64,000 nucleotides of DNA from Candidatus Latescibacterota bacterium (GTDB lineage Bacteria > Latescibacterota > CBDEFO01): NCBI GenBank assembly GCA_965237525.1, contig CBDEFO010000006.1, positions 32,001 to 96,000 of the forward strand. The letters are read 5' to 3'. Below the pieces are notes generated by a model. That model was not told the DNA's origin and did no database searches. It worked only from the letters and a program-made list of their open reading frames with translations. Each line of letters opens with the position of its first letter. Position 1 is the stretch's first letter. Below, one piece after another: positions 57,889 to 64,000 of this stretch. The position numbers and the translations under genes were made by a program.

Positions 57889-59407
57889 AAGCCTTGTGAA
57901 AAACCCTTAGATTCAGAAAGTAGTATAGAACAAGCATTGATAAAGCAGCTCCGATGTATTATATTATGTTATTGATAATATTATACATGGAGGAAACAAT
58001 GACCCCACAAAAGCAGGAACAGACAAATCCGATGTTTCACTATTTTCAGATGGAGGATTTAGTTCCCGAGGATCATATCCTTCGTCAGATTGATGAGGCA
58101 GTTGATTTTTCATTTGTACGAGACGTTGTATCAGATTGTTATTGCCCTGACAATGGCAGACCCGGTATTGATCCTGAATTAGTTGTTCGAATGATCCTTA
58201 TTGGCTATCTGTATAATTTGAGTGAGAATCGGCTCTGTCAGGAAGTGGGGATGCATGCGGCATATCGGTTGTTTTGTCATCAGACATTTGAGGATGCGGT
58301 TCCGGATAGGAGCACGATCAACAAGCTTCGCAATCACAAGTGGGCATCCAGTGGGTTGTTTGAACGGATAATGCGTCAGGTAGTCCAGTGTTGCATAGAT
58401 GTCGGTCTTGTGAGCGGTAAACACCTTAGTGTCGACGGCACTCAGATACAAGCTGATGCTTCAGTGAAAAGTATTGAGCCGATAGAACCCCCTGTTTCTC
58501 TTGATGATTATCTCAAGGGAATCGGTTTTGAAGGTGATAAGACAAAGGGTAGGTCCGGGCATCCTCAGGATAAAGACTTTCATGGTGAAAAGTGGACGAA
58601 CCAAACACACCGTTCGACTACAGACCCCGACGCGCGCTTACACAGCAAATCGAAGGGCAAAGGGGCTTTTCTCTCGTTTATGGGCCATGATCTGATCGAC
58701 ACAAAAAGCAGAGTAATCCTTGAGACTCAGGGCACGCAGGCGACAGGGACAGCAGAGCCCGAAAGTGCCCTTAAGATGGTAGATGACCTTGAAACATACA
58801 CCATGCCCAAAGACATTCAGACACTTAGTGCCGATACCGGTTACGGTTCTGGTAATTTTATCGCTGATGTGCTTGACCGGGGAATCATACCCCATATTCC
58901 TCTGCGAGCCGATGAGAGGATTGAACCGATTCCTACATGGAAAAACAAGACAAATTCAGCACATATTCAGGCCGAACGGGATAGAAAAGTGCGAGAGGCG
59001 AAAGCCAGAAATCATGCACGGTCTATCTCATTAACAGCTGACTACAAACTCTCCCGGAGACTCCGTAAACGCAGTGAACATATCTTTGCTGAAGCCAGGC
59101 AACAACACGGTATGGGACGAGCCCGTTATAGAGGACCAGCCTCACTGAATGAACAGTTGAATCTTGTTGCAACAGTACAGAATCTCAAGAGGCTTGTATC
59201 TTTCATAAGAAGGGGGAAAGCGTCTATGTGTGCCCTGTCTGTCAAAGACAGTGCATCCTGTTCTTCAAACAGCTCCTATTCCTTGCTGACCAGAACTCTG
59301 ATAAGACTATTTTGCTTATTCCACAGCAAAACGATACGATATGCTTCTCTTTGACCCATAATCGGCGCTTCAGACGCTGCCTGGGACATAACTATTTCAC
59401 AAGGCTT
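57889..59407 (+). mobile_element. Complete IS1182-family element
   Basis: IRs AAGCCTTGTGAAA / TTTCACAAGGCTT; 4-bp target duplication CTAA (57885-57888, 59408-59411). Confidence 0.92.
57999..59354 (+). CDS. IS1182 family transposase
   Basis: LVPEDH..GRPGIDP, VDGT, STTDPDA, ADTGYG, EHIFAE..RYRG..QNLKRL. Confidence 0.93.
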   Translation: MTPQKQEQTNPMFHYFQMEDLVPEDHILRQIDEAVDFSFVRDVVSDCYCPDNGRPGIDPELVVRMILIGYLYNLSENRLCQEVGMHAAYRLFCHQTFEDAVPDRSTINKLRNHKWASSGLFERIMRQVVQCCIDVGLVSGKHLSVDGTQIQADASVKSIEPIEPPVSLDDYLKGIGFEGDKTKGRSGHPQDKDFHGEKWTNQTHRSTTDPDARLHSKSKGKGAFLSFMGHDLIDTKSRVILETQGTQATGTAEPESALKMVDDLETYTMPKDIQTLSADTGYGSGNFIADVLDRGIIPHIPLRADERIEPIPTWKNKTNSAHIQAERDRKVREAKARNHARSISLTADYKLSRRLRKRSEHIFAEARQQHGMGRARYRGPASLNEQLNLVATVQNLKRLVSFIRRGKASMCALSVKDSASCSSNSSYSLLTRTLIRLFCLFHSKTIRYASL

Positions 59408-60619
59408 CTAAAGTATATGGCTTATCTATTTCAGCGCCCTCGCTGTCAGTTATGATTCGAATCAGGGGTTCGTCGAATTTTTCCAGAGCATTCTCCAGCA
59501 CTACGGCTCTTTCTCCAGTCTTCAGCTCTACTATGCTCCCTACTGGGTACCTCGCAACCTTTGAAAGAAAGATTTCCACTATCCTCGGATCGAACTCCTC
59601 ATTTGACTTTGCCGCTATCAGGTTTAAGACCTTGTGCGGAGCCACTTTTGCCTTGTAGATTCTATTGGACGTCAGAGCGTCGTAGATGTCCACCAGTATT
59701 GTGATTCTTGAGAACTCATGGATATTATCACCTTTGAGGCCCTGCGGGTAACCATTCCCGTTCAGCTTTTCGTGGTGCTGAAGCGCCACAGACGTAACCA
59801 CAGGATCCAGACCCGACTTCTCCTGGAGCATGTTGTACCCGTTTAGTGGATGCTTTTTTACTTCCGCTAATTCTTCCTCGGTCAGTTTTCCGGGCTTATT
59901 CATGATCCCAACTGGGAATCATGATCTCCCCCAGGTCACGCAACAGCACGCCCATCCCAAGGGTCTTGAGACGATTTTCGTTGTACCCCATTCTCATAGC
60001 CACCAGAATGCTCAAGATGCACGTGTTCACAGAATGCTGATACGTATAATCATCGTAGGTTTTCACATCTACCAGATTAACTAAATCCGTACTACTCACT
60101 ATCAGGTCATTTACGATCTTGTCCACAGCCGCCTTCACTTTCCGCTTATCTATAGCTATAGCGGACTGGGAGTCAATTGCCTCTTGAGCCTGTAAAAATG
60201 TCTCCTTTATTGTTGAGGAAGCAAGGGCTCTGGCTTTTACCGAGACCACGTCGTGAACTTCCACATCTTCAAATCTTTTGTCGTATATATATATTGAAAG
60301 TATCCCCAAACTCTTCAGTCGCTCTATATAGCCTGACGTAAGTTCCACTCCGTGGGCTATAAGTATCTGACCGTCGGCCGAGTATATATTCTTTTCGACG
60401 ATGGATCCTGGAGAAACGCTATCTATGTTAATTACCCTCATTATAAACGACCTCGCTCTAGATTTTGAACACCTTTTTCAAGAATGTGTCCCAATTTTCC
60501 AGCAGATCCCAAATGTGGTTTTCAGGTTTAATCAAAAGTGGGAATCTGCGGCTACAGTTCTGCGGAAGGGATCGCCATCGAAGCGACCACAATATCCCAG
60601 CCGCGCATTGAGGAGTAGT

Positions 60620-60784
60620 CTAGCTTTCCTCGAGTAGAGTGTCATTTTCTTTATTTCGCCTATCTCTCTCCGTTCTTCTGTTCTTATCTGGACGTCTGTC
60701 CTGGATGCCCCCAGGAACGGCAGGATTAGGTGTTCTTCTGTCCACCTTTCTTCTAGTTCCTGATCTCTTTTTCTGCCCTGCCAT
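60620..60784 (-). CDS. 54-aa arginine-rich micro-protein (DRR repeats), absent from ORF track
   Basis: AAGGAGG RBS; MAGQKKRSGTRRKVDRRTPNPAVPGGIQDRRPDKNRRTERDRRNKENDTLLEES. Confidence 0.6.
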   Translation of the reverse strand: MAGQKKRSGTRRKVDRRTPNPAVPGGIQDRRPDKNRRTERDRRNKENDTLLEES

Positions 60785-61252
60785 CTCTCCTCCTTACGAC
60801 AAGAAATAGACTATTGTTACAGACTTTTGTTATAGTATTTATACATTATTGTACAAATGCTATAGAAAAAGATACAACGAAACAGACTGTACGTCAAGTC
60901 CTCTTTCACTTCTACTATCTGTGAATAGTGACGGTTGAATTTTCTGAGCATCTGTCGTACGCTGAGCGACCTTGAAGCCTTGAAGTAAGCTGCGTCAATC
61001 ACGTGGTGATTGAGGTCACAGGATGGAACGAACCAGAGGTCAGCTAGAACTTTTCCAGTTTGGCAAGAAGCGTAAGCTACATATTAAATATAACTAAACG
61101 CCGACATCCGTGCTGTGATGCACGTCACGGGATAAAATAAACCAAAGCAACACGTCGTCACACCCCTCATCCTCAAATTTAATCCAAAATATAGTATTTG
61201 TCAACTTTTTTCCCAAATCCTGCCCAAGCGCTTTTTTAACCTGCTGTATACC

Positions 61253-63130
61253 TTAATTTGATTCTCCTCTCAATTCATCAATTGCTTTTCTTGCATCAGT
61301 GGCCAGTTCCCCGTCAGGATCGAGTTCGATGACCTTTTGAGACTTTTGAATTGCCCCGTTTTTATCCCCTTTGGCACGCAACACTTCGCCCCAGCTTAAG
61401 TACGCTATGTCACATTTTGGGTCGAGATCGATAGCCTTCTTAAACTTAGCAATTGCCTCCTCGTATCTTCCCAAGCGATACAACACCTTGCCCCAGTTGT
61501 TGTATGCATCGGCATTTTGGGGGTCGAGTTCGATGGCTTTCTCATACTTGAAAATTGCACCCTCATAATCCTCCTGAAGGGCCAACGCAACGCCCCAGCT
61601 GACGTATCCATAGGCATCTACTGGGTCGAGTTCGATGGCTTTCTCATGCTTGAAAATTGCACCCTCATAATCCTTCTGAAGGACCAACACGTCCCCCCAC
61701 ATGCGGTATGCTTTGGCATATCCTGGATCGAGTTCGATGGCTTTCTCATACTTGGCAATTGGCCCTTCATAATCCTTCTGAAGGGCCAACGTAACGCCCC
61801 AGCTGCTGTAGTATATAATGGCATTTTTTGGATCGAGTTTTATGGCTTTCTTACACTTGGAATTTACCTTCTTGAATTTTCCAATTGCCTTCTTGTCTTT
61901 TCCCTGTTCAGCTAACATAAGGCCCCAGCTATAGTACACCCAGACAGATTTTGGATCGAGTTTTATGGCTTTCTTATACTTGGCAATTGCCTTCTTGTAT
62001 TTTCTCTGGTTACCTAATGCATCGCCCCAGTTGTGGTATGCAGGGGCAAATTTTGACTCGAGTTCAGTAGCCTCCTGATATTTGTCAATTGACTCATCGT
62101 AATTTTTCTGTTCATCCAACGCAAGGCCCCACAGGTTGTACGCCCAGGGGCGGTCTTTATCTGGACCATATCGAAGAATGTGTTGTATGGTCTCAAGACA
62201 GGCTTTTCTGTCAATATCATATAGATACGACGCTAAAATGTAAGGTTGAGTATATTTGTATATGTGTTTCGCAGCTTTAAACAGAATTTTATCCAGATTT
62301 TCTAACTTGCCGGCCATGGTCTTGGCGGGCTCTCCACTAACACGGGTTGTTACATAGAGCGAATCACTTTGCACAACCACTTCGCCAACGAGTCGGGCAG
62401 CAACGTGTCCGAAAAGCTCCTTGATATGTAGAGGGAAAAACTTCAAGGAGATACCAGCCACTGCTAATTCCATCTGGGGCGGTGTCTGGGGCAAGTCGAT
62501 ACGGAATTTCCGGCCTTCCAAACTGCTGGTTGCGGTGGTTGCCATTGTATATATGAGGTTGAGTTGGTCAATTAATCTGTTTGTAATGGCCCGACCGGTA
62601 TAGCCCTTTTCCTCAAGTTCTTTAGGTACCTCAAAAGGCTCTATCAGCACAGTGTCTCTCTTTGCCTCTAAATAGATGAAAGTACCAGCGAAAACAAGCA
62701 ATAAAAGAAAAAGGGTCAAAACTGCTATACTAACTCCATTTTTGACAATGTAGTTGAGTCCCTTAAATATGTATTGAAGGAAAGACTTCAGAGAGCTACC
62801 CGCCTCTGGACCTTCGGTTTTGGGTAATGTACGAAGCGAGTCCGCAGTGTGTCGACCGGTGTCTCCCTTTTCGGAAAGTTGTTGAGGTACATCAAGAGGC
62901 TCTGTCAGCACAGTGTCTATCTTTAACTCTGTGGGAGATGTCTGAGGCGGGTCCACAGTGGCCCAAATGGTATCACCTTTTACCTCAAGATTTTGAGGTG
63001 TTTCAAGAGGTTTTGTCAGTACACTATCGCCCTTTAACTCTGCACAAGCTACAGAAGTTGATACGATCAAAACAAGGACAATCAGTACACTGCAATGTCG
63101 ACTATGTCCAGCCATGTACCGGTACCTCAT
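61253..63130 (-). CDS. Membrane-anchored TPR protein, paralogue of 56080-57493
   Basis: Signal peptide, repeated EP.EVP..L..KG.TG motif, TM helix, many WG..AIELDP TPRs. Confidence 0.85.
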   Translation of the reverse strand: MRYRYMAGHSRHCSVLIVLVLIVSTSVACAELKGDSVLTKPLETPQNLEVKGDTIWATVDPPQTSPTELKIDTVLTEPLDVPQQLSEKGDTGRHTADSLRTLPKTEGPEAGSSLKSFLQYIFKGLNYIVKNGVSIAVLTLFLLLLVFAGTFIYLEAKRDTVLIEPFEVPKELEEKGYTGRAITNRLIDQLNLIYTMATTATSSLEGRKFRIDLPQTPPQMELAVAGISLKFFPLHIKELFGHVAARLVGEVVVQSDSLYVTTRVSGEPAKTMAGKLENLDKILFKAAKHIYKYTQPYILASYLYDIDRKACLETIQHILRYGPDKDRPWAYNLWGLALDEQKNYDESIDKYQEATELESKFAPAYHNWGDALGNQRKYKKAIAKYKKAIKLDPKSVWVYYSWGLMLAEQGKDKKAIGKFKKVNSKCKKAIKLDPKNAIIYYSSWGVTLALQKDYEGPIAKYEKAIELDPGYAKAYRMWGDVLVLQKDYEGAIFKHEKAIELDPVDAYGYVSWGVALALQEDYEGAIFKYEKAIELDPQNADAYNNWGKVLYRLGRYEEAIAKFKKAIDLDPKCDIAYLSWGEVLRAKGDKNGAIQKSQKVIELDPDGELATDARKAIDELRGESN

Positions 63131-63148
63131 AATAAGACCACATAAGAA

Positions 63149-64000
63149 CTACCTCACCTCTCCATCTGGCGTAATACGGCTGATCTTTCCCGCCTTTCCT
63201 ACGACCAGAGTCATCCTCCAGTTGGCCTGGGCTTTGGGTCCTAAAGTGGCGTGTTCACCCCTTATTACCGCGATGTCGATTCTGTCGGGATAGCCCAGGC
63301 ACGGCTCGAGGGCAACGTTGAAGTGAGCCTTGCCCTCAAGGGGATAGCCGCCCTGGTTCGTCCACAGGCCGATGTAGGGTATCTCGGAGGGCGAAAAGCC
63401 GAATCCGACGAAGTGTTCGTCCGTGTAGTGCAGGGCGCACCAACCTTCGTCCTCATCCAACTTTTCGGTGAAAATCTTATCTCCTGCCCCCAAATCTGGA
63501 CCTTCTACCACACTTAGATCGACTTCCCTTCCGTCCTTGTCCTTTGTGATGGGCCAGTCGTGGACGGTGAAGAAGTTACCCAATCTGAAGCCGACTCCCC
63601 AGTCCGTCCTGACCTTCACGCCGTCGGGCAGAAGGATCTTAAGTTTAGGCTCGGATTTGAAGATGGGATGAATCGCCCAGTTGTACTTAAATTCGAGCGG
63701 TGAGAGGTTCACGACCTTGTAATCCATCATGATCTTGCCGCCGCCCTCAAGTTGAAAAGTACGCTCGAACATATAGGGGAAGCGTACTCCGTAGACCCAC
63801 ATTCTCACACCCTTTTCCGTTATTTCGTAGTCCCATGGGAGCGCCCATACTTCGCCGTGATCCGGGGCGATGACCCCCCTCCAGGGATATTCGGGATAGT
63901 GGCATTCCGCTATGGTCGGGAAACATTCGTCCACGCCGCTTATATCGTAATCTGGGTACGGATCTCCGTACTTGGGAGTCTTAAGTTTAACATAGGGATT
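63149..64000 (-). CDS. Galactose mutarotase/aldose epimerase-like protein (5' end outside window)
   Basis: DECFPTI..PDHGEVW, WAIHP, GLWTNQGG, ALEPC. Confidence 0.78.
   Translation of the reverse strand, partial: NPYVKLKTPKYGDPYPDYDISGVDECFPTIAECHYPEYPWRGVIAPDHGEVWALPWDYEITEKGVRMWVYGVRFPYMFERTFQLEGGGKIMMDYKVVNLSPLEFKYNWAIHPIFKSEPKLKILLPDGVKVRTDWGVGFRLGNFFTVHDWPITKDKDGREVDLSVVEGPDLGAGDKIFTEKLDEDEGWCALHYTDEHFVGFGFSPSEIPYIGLWTNQGGYPLEGKAHFNVALEPCLGYPDRIDIAVIRGEHATLGPKAQANWRMTLVVGKAGKISRITPDGEVR

Larger units (their letters stand above)
57835..60441 (-). pseudogene. HD-GYP phosphodiesterase, frameshifted and IS-interrupted
   Basis: YTYQHSVN, LLRDLG (HD lost), frameshift near 59905, HHEKLNGNGYP; C-terminus resumes beyond the IS as LDLSESGDPAIKGIVDW*. 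Confidence 0.85.

Noticed and set aside
60817..61250. c-di-GMP riboswitch upstream of the HD-GYP locus
   Set aside because: No GEMM-type conserved elements recognisable by eye on the minus strand
56080..63130. Diversity-generating retroelement or CRISPR-like array in the TPR repeats
   Set aside because: Repeats are in-frame 102-bp coding units; no reverse transcriptase, no adenine-specific variation evident and no spacers

Overview
Bacterial chromosomal window. FlgD-type C-terminal domains (YPNPFN) and an 'STWGKIK' C-terminal tag suggest a Latescibacterota/Poribacteria-like lineage (inference only). Core genes include oppBC, uvrA, a ygfZ/gcvT-like gene, nadE, lexA, der-plsY-gpsA, proS, rsmD-coaD, a phosphoglucomutase and tRNA-Gly(CCC). 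Several accessory inserts are interleaved with them. (i) Integron-type cassettes with att-like ends occur at four separate loci: a DUF1801-like gene, a DUF262+HEPN pair that splits a DUF4411 gene, a DUF1772 fragment near a dead intI fragment, and SPFH plus hicBA. IS1380-type ends often lie beside them. (ii) An island at 24.7-34 kb carries AIPR and a BglII-like R-M pair. (iii) A complete IS1182 element interrupts a frameshifted HD-GYP gene, which is preceded by an unannotated DRR-rich micro-ORF. Non-coding highlights are an unannotated 6S-like RNA upstream of tRNA-Gly, whose promoter has a near-consensus copy of the GAAC-N4-GTTC box found in the lexA promoter in the same position, a consensus sigma54 promoter for a secreted tandem-CHRD protein, and at least four palindromic repeat families that also enter coding sequences. 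All assignments come from reading motifs by eye; no searches were run.
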